From Gammaproteobacteria bacterium (GTDB lineage Bacteria; Pseudomonadota; Gammaproteobacteria; SG8-11): a stretch of DNA of 64,000 nucleotides. The notes under the pieces are model-generated. The model saw only the letters and a list, made by a program, of their open reading frames with translations. It did no database searches and was not told where the DNA came from. Each line of letters opens with the position of its first letter. Position 1 is the first letter of the stretch. A program made the translations under genes and the position numbers. Location: the NCBI GenBank assembly GCA_031363085.1, contig JANLTU010000004.1:3055-67054 (forward strand), read 5' to 3'. Positions 34,273 to 42,867 of this stretch are shown in pieces.

Positions 34273-35334
34273 GTGAACGATGTTATGATGCAAGCCGGGC
34301 CACAGTTTAATGTAATGGGCGGTGCACACCAAATGTTAACGGACCCGCTGGAATCAGAAACCCCCTACGCCGATCTGTCGCCGGATCTCGTGCTCAACGC
34401 CATCGAAGCGCAGGGCCATACGTGCAGCGGCCACTTGCTCGCGCTCAACAGCTACGAAAACCGCGTGTATCAAGTCGGCATCGAAGCGCACCGACCGCTG
34501 GTCGCCAAATTTTACCGGCCGGCGCGCTGGAGCGACGCGGCGATTCTGGAAGAGCACGCCTTCACCGCCGAATTGGTCGAACAGGAAATCCCGGTGGTGC
34601 CGCCGTTGGCGGATGCCAACGGCGGCACTTTGCACGAATTCGGTGGCTATCGTTTTGCGCTGTTTCCAAGCCAAGGCGGGCGCTGGCCTGATCTCGACAG
34701 CGGCGCCAATCTCACTTGGCTGGGCCGCTTCATCGGACGCATTCACGCCGTGGGCGCGACCAAACCGTTCGCACAGCGCCCGAGCTTGACACCAAAAACG
34801 TTCGGCGTGGATTCGTTCGAATATCTGCTCGAACACGAGTTTGTGCCCGCGCATCTGGTCAGCGAATATCGCGAAGTGGTCGGCGACTTGCTGCGCGAAA
34901 TCGATGCCGCTTATGCGCGCGCCGCACCGCTGCAACTGATCCGCGTGCATGGCGATTGCCATCCCGGCAATATTTTATGGACCGACGACGGCCCGCACTT
35001 CGTCGACATGGACGACTGCCGCATGGCGCCGGCCGTGCAGGATATCTGGATGCTGCTGTCCGGCTCGCGCGAAGAAATGAGCCGCATGCTGTCGGCGTTT
35101 CTCGACGGCTACTACGACTTCCACGAATTCGATCCGCGCGAACTGCACTTGGTCGAAGCACTGCGCACGCTGCGCATCATCCACTACGCCGCTTGGCTCG
35201 CCCGCCGCTGGAAAGACCCGGCCTTCCCGCGCAACTTCCCCTGGTTCGGCGCACCCAGCTATTGGGACGAACACCTCAACACGCTGCGCCAGCAACGCTT
35301 GGTGATCAGCGATGCGCCGTTGGAGTCGCGCTGA
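34273..35334 (+). CDS. srkA: Stress-response Ser/Thr protein kinase SrkA (YihE/RdoA)
   Basis: LNSYENRVYQ and HGDCHPGNILW motifs with the APH/YihE fold. The start may be one of the internal ATGs (34315 or 34333), since 34273 leaves only 8 bp to the divergent prlC. Confidence 0.88.
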   Translation: MNDVMMQAGPQFNVMGGAHQMLTDPLESETPYADLSPDLVLNAIEAQGHTCSGHLLALNSYENRVYQVGIEAHRPLVAKFYRPARWSDAAILEEHAFTAELVEQEIPVVPPLADANGGTLHEFGGYRFALFPSQGGRWPDLDSGANLTWLGRFIGRIHAVGATKPFAQRPSLTPKTFGVDSFEYLLEHEFVPAHLVSEYREVVGDLLREIDAAYARAAPLQLIRVHGDCHPGNILWTDDGPHFVDMDDCRMAPAVQDIWMLLSGSREEMSRMLSAFLDGYYDFHEFDPRELHLVEALRTLRIIHYAAWLARRWKDPAFPRNFPWFGAPSYWDEHLNTLRQQRLVISDAPLESR

Positions 35335-35385
35335 TACCGATATTCAACGTGCGATCATTCCGAAATCTCGTCCGGCGTGATGTGG

Positions 35386-36096
35386 TTACCCGCACTTCGA
35401 ATCCCCGCAGTTCAGGCAGGTCATGCAGCCGTCCATCTTGATGACCGCCTTGGTGCTGCACTTGGCGCACAGTTGCGCACTTTCCGGAAAGTCGCCGGGC
35501 GCGACTTTTTCGGCGGTTTTGACGTAGGCGTTGTATTGGCTGCGTTTGTCGTCGATGAGTTTTTTCTGGTGCTCGTCGAGCTCGCCGCCCTTGAGCAAGC
35601 CGATCAGGCGCAAGTGGCTTTCGATGGCGTCGCCGATTTCCGCGACCAGCGACGGCATGTATTTACCACCCTTCTTGAAGTAGCCGCCACGCGGGTCGAA
35701 CACCGAACGCAGCTCGTCCACCAAAAATGTCACGTCGCCGCCCTTGCGGAACACGGCCGAGATAATGCGCGTGAGGGCGACGATCCACTGGAAGTGGTCC
35801 ATGTTTTTCGAGTTGATGAAAATCTCGAACGGGCGGCGCAGCTCGTATTCGGTGCCCGGATTCAAAATGATGTCGTTGATGGTCAGGTACAGCGAGTGCT
35901 CGGTGAGCGGGGTCTTGACTTTATAGGTGGTGCCCAACAACATGTCGGGGCGTTCCAGTTTTTCGTGCATCTGCACGACATTGTTGCCGGGTTCTTTGGT
36001 TGCTTCGACGGGCGCGGCGGCCTTGATTTTTTCCGCTTCGGTCTTGGGTTGCGCCACGTCGTAGCTGACGATTTTCTTGTCGATCTTGATGGTCAT
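35386..36096 (-). CDS. nrdJb: Class II ribonucleotide reductase small fragment NrdJb (TSCPD-domain C-terminal portion)
   Basis: 236 aa ending in a Cys-rich tail (CAKCSTKAVIKMDGCMTCLNCGDSKCG), immediately downstream of nrdJa. This is the split nrdJa/nrdJb arrangement known from Pseudomonas. Confidence 0.8.
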   Translation of the reverse strand: MTIKIDKKIVSYDVAQPKTEAEKIKAAAPVEATKEPGNNVVQMHEKLERPDMLLGTTYKVKTPLTEHSLYLTINDIILNPGTEYELRRPFEIFINSKNMDHFQWIVALTRIISAVFRKGGDVTFLVDELRSVFDPRGGYFKKGGKYMPSLVAEIGDAIESHLRLIGLLKGGELDEHQKKLIDDKRSQYNAYVKTAEKVAPGDFPESAQLCAKCSTKAVIKMDGCMTCLNCGDSKCG

Positions 36097-36121
36097 GAGG
36101 TTGCTCCTGATAGCTGCGCGG

Positions 36122-38275
36122 TTAAAACTTGCCGTAATAGCCTTCTTTCAAAGCGTCGTAGAGGTTCGCAGCGCTGTGTTTTTCGCCGTCATATTCGATC
36201 TCCTCGTTGCCTTTGACCTCGACCGTTGAGCCGTCTTCCAGCGTGAAGCGGTAGGTGGTATTGGCCAAGTCCTGCTCTTTAACCAGCACGCCCTGGAAGG
36301 CTTCCGGGTTGAAGCGAAAGGTGGTGCAACCTTTCAGGCCCTGCTCGTAGGCATACAGGTAAATGCTTTTGAAGTCGTCGTAGGGATATTGCGTCGGCAC
36401 ATTCGCGGTTTTGGAAATCGACGAGTCGATCCATTTCTGCGCGGCGGCTTGCACGTCCACGTGTTCCTTGGGATGGATGTCGTCGGCCGCGATGAAATAA
36501 CCCGGCAAAGTTTCGCCATCTTTGGCAGAGCCGGGGATCGCGTCGGGGTTGATCAGTGTGCGGTAAGCCAGCAACTCGAACGAAAACACGTCGATTTTTT
36601 CTTTGCTCTTTTTGCCTTCACGGATCACGTTGCGGTAGTAATGGTGCGCGAAGCTGGGCTCAATGCCGTTGCTGGCGTTGTTGGCCAGCGACAGCGAGAT
36701 GGTGCCGGTGGGTGCAATCGAGGTGTGGTGCGTGAAGCGCGCACCGACCTTGGCGAGCTCCGCCACCAACTCGGGCTCGACTTGCGCGATGCGCTGCATG
36801 TAGCGGCTGTATTTGGCGTGCAGCACCTTGCCCTTGACGGTGTCGCCTTCGTGGTAACCGTCGTCGATCATCTCGGGGCGCTTGGCCAGCATCTCGGCGG
36901 TGACGCTGAAATCCTGCTCCAGCGTCGGCGCCGGACCTTTTTCCAGCGCCAGATCCAGCGCGATTTTCCAGCCTTCCACCGCCATTTCACGCGTTACGCG
37001 CTCGGTGAAATCCAGCGAATCTTTTGCGCCATATTTCATGCGCAACATGGTTAATGTCGAGCCCAGACCCAAGTAGCCCATGCCATGGCGGCGCTTGCCG
37101 GTGATTTCGTCGCGCTGCGGTTGCAGCGGCAGGCCGTTGATCTCCACCACGTTGTCCAGCATGCGGGTGAAAATCGCCACGGTTTTGCGGTATTCATCCC
37201 AATCGAAGCGCGCGCGCTCGGTGAACGGATGGTGCACGAACTTGGTGAGATTGACCGAGCCCAGCAGGCAGGAGCCATATTCCGGTAATGGCTGCTCACC
37301 GCACGGATTGGTCGCGCGAATGTTTTCGCAAAACCAGTTGTTGTTCATCTCGTTGACTTTGTCGATCAGGATGAAGCCCGGCTCGGCGTAGTCATAAGTG
37401 GACGACATGATCACGTCCCACACCCGGCGCGCCTTGATGATGCGGTAGACGCGGCAGGCAACCAAACCTTGCTTGTTGACAATGTAGCCTTTTTTACTGG
37501 CCCATTCGCGCCAGATCACTTTGTCCGGGTTGTGCAGGTCGAGCTGGTCGGCCTCGGCTTCTTTCTGTGAAATCGGGAACGCGAGTTGCCAGGGCTGGTC
37601 GTTTTTTACCGCTTCCATAAAGTCGTGGGTGATCAACAACGACAAGTTGAACTGGCGCAGCCGCCCCGATTCGCGTTTGGCGCGCACGAAATCCAGCACG
37701 TCGGGATGGCCGACGTCGAAGGTGGCCATTTGCGCACCACGCCGGCCACCGGCCGACGACACGGTAAAGCACATCTTGTCGTAGATATCCATGAACGACA
37801 GCGGCCCGGAGGTGTGTGCCCCGGCGCCTGCGACAAACGCGCCGCGCGGCCGCAGCGTGGAAAATTCGTAGCCGATGCCGCAACCGGCTTTCAAGGTCAG
37901 CCCGGCTTCGTGCACTTTTTGCAGAATGTCATCCATCGAATCGCGCACCGTGCCCGACACCGTGCAATTGATGGTTGAAGTCGCCGGCTTGTATTCCAGA
38001 GCACCGGCGTTGCTGGTAATGCGCCCGGCAGGAATCGCGCCGCGCCGCAGCGCCCACAGAAAATTTTCGTACCATTCAGCGCGCTTGGCCGGCGTGGTTT
38101 CCACGTCGGCCAAGGCGCGCGCCACACGCTGGTAGGTCTCGTCCATGGTCTGGTCGACGGCACGGCCATCCTTGGTTTTTAAGCGATATTTTTTGTCCCA
38201 GATGTCCAGCGAAGCGGACTGATACGGAATCTCGGTGGTGCTGACCGGGCCGGTTTTTAAATGTGCAATTTTCAT
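36122..38275 (-). CDS. nrdJa: Adenosylcobalamin-dependent ribonucleoside-diphosphate reductase large fragment NrdJa (class II RNR)
   Basis: Full-length class II RNR similarity (NPCGEQPLPEYGSCLLGSVNL active-site region). Start set at ATG 38275 (MKIAHLK), which has a GGGGAAG RBS. The upstream ATG at 38305 lies inside that RBS. Confidence 0.9.
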   Translation of the reverse strand: MKIAHLKTGPVSTTEIPYQSASLDIWDKKYRLKTKDGRAVDQTMDETYQRVARALADVETTPAKRAEWYENFLWALRRGAIPAGRITSNAGALEYKPATSTINCTVSGTVRDSMDDILQKVHEAGLTLKAGCGIGYEFSTLRPRGAFVAGAGAHTSGPLSFMDIYDKMCFTVSSAGGRRGAQMATFDVGHPDVLDFVRAKRESGRLRQFNLSLLITHDFMEAVKNDQPWQLAFPISQKEAEADQLDLHNPDKVIWREWASKKGYIVNKQGLVACRVYRIIKARRVWDVIMSSTYDYAEPGFILIDKVNEMNNNWFCENIRATNPCGEQPLPEYGSCLLGSVNLTKFVHHPFTERARFDWDEYRKTVAIFTRMLDNVVEINGLPLQPQRDEITGKRRHGMGYLGLGSTLTMLRMKYGAKDSLDFTERVTREMAVEGWKIALDLALEKGPAPTLEQDFSVTAEMLAKRPEMIDDGYHEGDTVKGKVLHAKYSRYMQRIAQVEPELVAELAKVGARFTHHTSIAPTGTISLSLANNASNGIEPSFAHHYYRNVIREGKKSKEKIDVFSFELLAYRTLINPDAIPGSAKDGETLPGYFIAADDIHPKEHVDVQAAAQKWIDSSISKTANVPTQYPYDDFKSIYLYAYEQGLKGCTTFRFNPEAFQGVLVKEQDLANTTYRFTLEDGSTVEVKGNEEIEYDGEKHSAANLYDALKEGYYGKF

Positions 38276-38511
38276 CGTGTGGCTTCCCCAGTTGTTCATG
38301 TTCATATGGTTTGGAGTAACAAATTACATACTCCGCCGACTTCGAAAACGAGCCCGTGCAGCGATGCGTCTATGCGCGCCGTTGAGGGTAAATTTTTTAA
38401 TTACGTAAATGTAATAGGGCCGGTCTCGTGGTGGGTTGCGGCGAGTGCGCGACCACCGCCGAAATCCCTGGCGAAACTCAGTTTGTTGGATGCTAGTAAT
38501 TACAGGGATCA

Positions 38512-38558
38512 ACACAACATATTGTGTTGGGGCAGGAGATTATTACTACATATAGTGG
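38512..38558. promoter_or_regulatory. Two NrdR-box-like palindromes: ACACAACATATTGTGT (38512..38527) and TTACTACATATAGTGG (38543..38558), centres 31 bp apart.
   Basis: Box 1 matches the NrdR consensus acaCwAtATaTwGtgt at 15 of 16 positions and box 2 at about 13 of 16. Spacing of about three helical turns is typical of tandem NrdR boxes. They sit 205-285 bp upstream of nrdJa, in the divergent nrdJa/hsp20 intergenic region. Confidence 0.6.
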
Positions 38559-38644
38559 CTGTCAACCGATAACTGGACAGGCAAATAAATGCCCATGGCA
38601 TTCTGTATTCCGCCGTAAAACGTCAAGCGTTTTTAATCCGGCGC

Positions 38645-38672
38645 TTGAAAAATGCAACGACTCACCAAATAT
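38645..38672 (+). promoter_or_regulatory. Sigma-32 (RpoH)-type promoter: TTGAAA-N14-CCAAATAT, upstream of hsp20.
   Basis: Resembles the heat-shock consensus CTTGAAA-N13-15-CCCCATnT, about 47 nt before the hsp20 start codon. Confidence 0.45.
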
Positions 38673-38718
38673 AACCGGACAGAGTCAAACAACGTTCAAC
38701 CTACAACCCGGAGCCACT

Positions 38719-39162
38719 ATGAACATGATGCGTTATTACCCCTGGAATGTATTTAACCCTTTAAATTACGAAGTCGCACGCGTGCTCGATACGCACCCAC
38801 GGAAAGTCGTCAAGGATGGCAACGCTGCCGACGGCGACTGGGCTCCGGCGGTGGATATTCGCGAAGAGACCGACCGCTATGTCATCCTGGCCGACGTGCC
38901 AGGTATTGATTCAAAAGACATCGAGATTCTCACCGAGCAGGGCGTGCTTAGCATCAAAGGCGGGCGCGCGCTGCTGACGGCGGAGGAACGCAATCTCTAT
39001 CAGCGTGTCGAACGTTTGCGCGGACCGTTCGTGCGGCGTTTCACCTTGCCCGACGCCGCCGACACGGAGCACATTACCGCGCGCAGTCACAACGGTGTGC
39101 TGGAAGTAGTCATTCCTAAAGCGCAAGTGGTCGCACCGCGCAAAATTGTTGTCACAGGGTGA
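38719..39162 (+). CDS. Small heat-shock protein, Hsp20/alpha-crystallin family (IbpA-like)
   Basis: Start ATG 38719 (MNMMRYYPW) after a GGAG RBS. Alpha-crystallin domain signature (WAPAVDIREETDRYVILADVPGI...GVLSI...RFTLPD...NGVLEVVIPK). Confidence 0.9.
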   Translation: MNMMRYYPWNVFNPLNYEVARVLDTHPRKVVKDGNAADGDWAPAVDIREETDRYVILADVPGIDSKDIEILTEQGVLSIKGGRALLTAEERNLYQRVERLRGPFVRRFTLPDAADTEHITARSHNGVLEVVIPKAQVVAPRKIVVTG

Positions 39163-39168
39163 GTAACC

Positions 39169-39198
39169 CGGGGCGCGCGTTCGGCGCGCCCCGTATTT
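39169..39198 (+). terminator. Intrinsic terminator: CGGGGCGCGC-gttcg-GCGCGCCCCG-TATTT.
   Basis: 10-bp GC stem immediately after the hsp20 stop. The T-tract is weak, so it is probably a partial terminator before degP. Confidence 0.55.
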
Positions 39199-39214
39199 AA
39201 CCGAAGGAGCCGCA

Positions 39215-40591
39215 ATGAATTTCAAACAGGTGGTGCGTGTGTTGGGCGTACTGGGTGTTGCTGTGCTATCCAACCCGGTGAACGCGGTCTTGCCGGTAAC
39301 CGACAGCGACGGACAGCAGCTTCCAAGCTTGGCGCCGATGCTTGAAAAGGTCACGCCTGCGGTCGTCAATATCTCCACGCGCGGCAGTATGCGTGCGCAG
39401 GAAAACCCGTTGATGCGCGATCCGTTTTTCCGTTATTTCTTCGATGTGCCCAATCAGCCGCAGCGGCGCGAAACGCAAAGCCTGGGCTCGGGCGTGGTGG
39501 TGGACGCACAGCAGGGCTACATCATCACCAACAATCACGTCATCGAACACGCCGAGGAAATTACCGTCACCTTGCGCGACGGCCGCAGCTTGAGCGCCAA
39601 GTTAGTGGGCACCGACCCCGACGCCGACATCGCCGTGATCAAAGTGCCGAGCGAAAAATTGCTCGCGCTGCCGCTGGCTGACTCCGAGCAACTGCGCGTC
39701 GGTGATTTTGTCGTCGCCATCGGCAATCCGTTTGGTCTGGGACAAACCGTGACCTCGGGCATCGTCAGCGCACTGGGGCGCTCTGGCCTGGGCATTGAAG
39801 GCTACGAAGATTTCATTCAAACCGATGCGTCGATCAACCCCGGCAACTCCGGCGGCGCGCTGGTGAACTTGCGCGGCCAGCTCATCGGCATCAACACCGC
39901 CATCATCGCGCCGGGCGGCGGCAACGTCGGCATCGGCTTCGCTATTCCGATCAACATGGTGCGCGACATCATGGACCAGTTGGTGAAGCACGGTGAAGTG
40001 CGGCGCGGTCGCCTGGGCGTGTTAATTCAAGACATGACGCCTGATCTGGCCAGCGCCTTCGGCATCGACAACAACGCCGGTGCGGTGATCGCACAGGTCG
40101 TCGCAGGCTCGACCGCCGACAAGGCCGGCGTCAAAGTCGGCGATGTAGTGCTGGCCGTGAACGGCCGGGAAGTGCGCGGCTCGGGTGATCTGCGCAACCG
40201 CATCGGCATGTTGCGCATCGGCGAAAAAGTCACGCTCAAGCTGCTGCGTGACGGCAAGCCAAAAGAAATCATCGCCACCGTCGCCGAAGCCCCGCAAACC
40301 AAGCTGGCCGGCAAGCATATTTTTTCCAAGCTGGACGGCGCGTTGCTGGGTAACGTTGACGAATTGCCCGCCAATTCGCGCGCGCATCAGGCCGGTGTGG
40401 TGGTGCTGGAGGTGGAGCGTAACAGTGCTGCCGCGCGCGCCGGCCTAAAAAAAGGCGACATCATCTCCAACGCCAACCGCGTGCCGGTGAACGACCTGGA
40501 AGATTTAAAACGCGCCGCCAAGCGTTCGGACCAGGGCATTTTGCTGAACTTAGTTCGCGGCGACAATGCGTTGTTTTTGCTGGTGCGCTAA
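39215..40591 (+). CDS. Periplasmic serine endoprotease, DegP/HtrA family (DegQ/MucD-like, two PDZ domains)
   Basis: 458 aa with a signal peptide, the catalytic triad context (HV...D...GNSGGAL) and two PDZ segments. Confidence 0.93.
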   Translation: MNFKQVVRVLGVLGVAVLSNPVNAVLPVTDSDGQQLPSLAPMLEKVTPAVVNISTRGSMRAQENPLMRDPFFRYFFDVPNQPQRRETQSLGSGVVVDAQQGYIITNNHVIEHAEEITVTLRDGRSLSAKLVGTDPDADIAVIKVPSEKLLALPLADSEQLRVGDFVVAIGNPFGLGQTVTSGIVSALGRSGLGIEGYEDFIQTDASINPGNSGGALVNLRGQLIGINTAIIAPGGGNVGIGFAIPINMVRDIMDQLVKHGEVRRGRLGVLIQDMTPDLASAFGIDNNAGAVIAQVVAGSTADKAGVKVGDVVLAVNGREVRGSGDLRNRIGMLRIGEKVTLKLLRDGKPKEIIATVAEAPQTKLAGKHIFSKLDGALLGNVDELPANSRAHQAGVVVLEVERNSAAARAGLKKGDIISNANRVPVNDLEDLKRAAKRSDQGILLNLVRGDNALFLLVR

Positions 40592-40723
40592 GGCCCGCGT
40601 CGTGGCATTAAATATCGGGCGCTTGCTTCATCGGTAGCAGCGGCGCCTCGGCGCGATGCGGTGCGGGTGTGCACCGAACATCGCGGCGGGGCGCCGCTTT
40701 GCCTATGGGCAAATAAGGCATTT

Positions 40724-42658
40724 TCAAAGCGTCTTCAAATATTCCACCAAGGCCAGGCGCTTTTCGTCGGTAATGGGCGTAAAGAAGAATTTTACGACTT
40801 CTCCTTTCTCATCCAACTGCACTTGTCCGTTAACATTCTTGGGCATGGGCGTTACCCCAGACGAATATTCGTGGCCTTTGTTGCTATTGCTGGGCAATGC
40901 CGTATCGAATACAAACAACTCGGGCTCTCGATATTGGCCGGGGTTTTCGGGTTGCAAAAAACCAACTTTTTTTGGATCAAACTCACGGTTGCCAACCAAA
41001 AATTTGTTTGCGCGACAGGCTTTGCCTTGGGCGATTTCCACGTCGCTGCAGCTCGGTAAAAACAATTCATAAAGATTTACGACCGAGCCATTGTGTAAAT
41101 ACGGTGCCGTCGCCCAGATGCCATTTAACGGCCGCCCTTTATAGGCATTCAGATACGCCTTGTTTGAAACCCGTAACTCAACGTGACGCTGCGTTGCCAC
41201 ACGCTCTTGAAACAGGCCCAGCGGGTTGCTTGCAATCGCCGCCACATACAAGCTTATTTTGCGGAGAACCCCCGAGGTCATCACCCCCGTCGTCACGCTC
41301 GCAACAATCGGTAACGCGCTCGAAGTCGTTGGGTTGGTTATTTCGCTGGGGCAGGTACCCGAGCTTGTGTTCTTGATCACGCCCACTTCCCCGCAATAGC
41401 GCATCGCATTGTTTGCCATTTGCGGGTCGGTGTTGATCCAATCCAGGCTGGAAAACTGGGCAGTGACAATGCGATTTGAATCCTTCCGGTCGATTTCCTG
41501 GTGACAGGCTGCGCACTGATATTCTTTGAAAACTTCCTCACCTTGCTGCGCCAGTTTCTGGTCGATTGGCGGCAACACGCCACGGTCCGCCAGATCTTTC
41601 CATAACGGCGACCAGAGGCTGGCCAATTGATCTTCCAAACGAACCTGATTGCGAGACGCCGCCGAAGATTCGTAACTGACCTTGCCGGGCTTGACTTCTT
41701 TTATATCGAGGGTGGCAAACACCCCCAGCACCTCACCGGTATTGCGCCCAAGCGGCCCAAGCCCAAAGGCTGAGCCATTGTCGCCAACGCCATTCCACTG
41801 CACAAAATCATGCTGCGGTGTATCCCATAAAAATGGGTAGCTCACCGGCGCATTGGCAGGGTTCGTACGCGGCTTTTTGACGCCGGCAACATGCATTAAT
41901 ACACGGTTATAAATTCGACCAAAGGCGTCCAGCCGTCCATAACCATAGTGTACGACTTCGTTATTTTTAGACGGGTGGCGTGGCTCGTTCACGCTGACGT
42001 ATTCGGACAGCATCTGCTGCGCGCTGGTCAAACGTTGCCGGAACGCCTCTAGCCGGGTCTTGTCTGCACCATCTTTTCCCAACACGTTTTTTGCCAAGCG
42101 CTCAAATTTGTCGCCGCTCAAACTCGATACCAATGCGCGATTCAAATCGACCAACAGGGTTTCCATGTCCGCCATCGCCGGCCCGCCGTCAATGCGAATC
42201 CCCTTACCTTTGTAATTCACCTGCGTGGTATGACAGGCGGCGCAGGTAAAGCCGATATAATCTTCACCGTCGTATGCATTCTTAACCCAGCCAACCGGCA
42301 AGCCGTCGGGATTGTCCCAGGTGGATTTCTGAATCAAGTAGCGGTATCTGCGCAGGTTGTCGTTGTCACGAAATGCCTTGCTGCTGTTCGCTTGTTCCAA
42401 GTGAAGAAAGATGTCGTAGGGCAGCAAATCGGACCCCTGCGTGGTGTTGTAAAACCAAAGACTCTCCGCAGCGTTCCAATTTTGATTGGGATAAACAATG
42501 TCGTCCGCCCTATCGCCAAAATAGTCCGCCGTTGTGTACATCGCGCCGCGATCACGATCCGGAAACGGCCCTTGTGTCACATAGGCGCAGCCACTCAGCA
42601 TGAAGCCCGTCAGACAGAGGGGCGCCTGCACTGAAAGCACTCGCTTGGTAATTGTCAT
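40724..42658 (-). CDS. Di-heme c-type cytochrome lipoprotein, oxidoreductase/peroxidase-like
   Basis: 644 aa with a lipobox (LTGFMLSGC) and two CxxCH motifs (CAACHTTQ near residue 131, CAACHQEI near residue 388). Family assignment is uncertain. It is divergent from soeA and has lower GC than its neighbours. Confidence 0.55.
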   Translation of the reverse strand: MTITKRVLSVQAPLCLTGFMLSGCAYVTQGPFPDRDRGAMYTTADYFGDRADDIVYPNQNWNAAESLWFYNTTQGSDLLPYDIFLHLEQANSSKAFRDNDNLRRYRYLIQKSTWDNPDGLPVGWVKNAYDGEDYIGFTCAACHTTQVNYKGKGIRIDGGPAMADMETLLVDLNRALVSSLSGDKFERLAKNVLGKDGADKTRLEAFRQRLTSAQQMLSEYVSVNEPRHPSKNNEVVHYGYGRLDAFGRIYNRVLMHVAGVKKPRTNPANAPVSYPFLWDTPQHDFVQWNGVGDNGSAFGLGPLGRNTGEVLGVFATLDIKEVKPGKVSYESSAASRNQVRLEDQLASLWSPLWKDLADRGVLPPIDQKLAQQGEEVFKEYQCAACHQEIDRKDSNRIVTAQFSSLDWINTDPQMANNAMRYCGEVGVIKNTSSGTCPSEITNPTTSSALPIVASVTTGVMTSGVLRKISLYVAAIASNPLGLFQERVATQRHVELRVSNKAYLNAYKGRPLNGIWATAPYLHNGSVVNLYELFLPSCSDVEIAQGKACRANKFLVGNREFDPKKVGFLQPENPGQYREPELFVFDTALPSNSNKGHEYSSGVTPMPKNVNGQVQLDEKGEVVKFFFTPITDEKRLALVEYLKTL

Positions 42659-42867
42659 GTCGAGACCCTCTTAGTTGTGAGCGACAACGAACATGGATAT
42701 AAAACACTAGTACAGAATTACCAAACCTGCACAATTGCGCCCCCATGAATCGGCTGAATCCTAGCTATTTCCGTATATTAGTAATTTATGATGGACTCAG
42801 CAGTGCTGATTAGAAGCCGATAGCGTCACTGCCTTATACTCAGTTTCGCTTTCATCCGGACAACCTC

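Noticed and set aside
38306-38520. Possible cobalamin riboswitch in the nrdJa leader
   Set aside because: No B12-box-like sequence was seen. B12 riboswitches usually control B12-independent isozymes rather than B12-dependent nrdJ. NrdR boxes explain the conserved palindromes instead.
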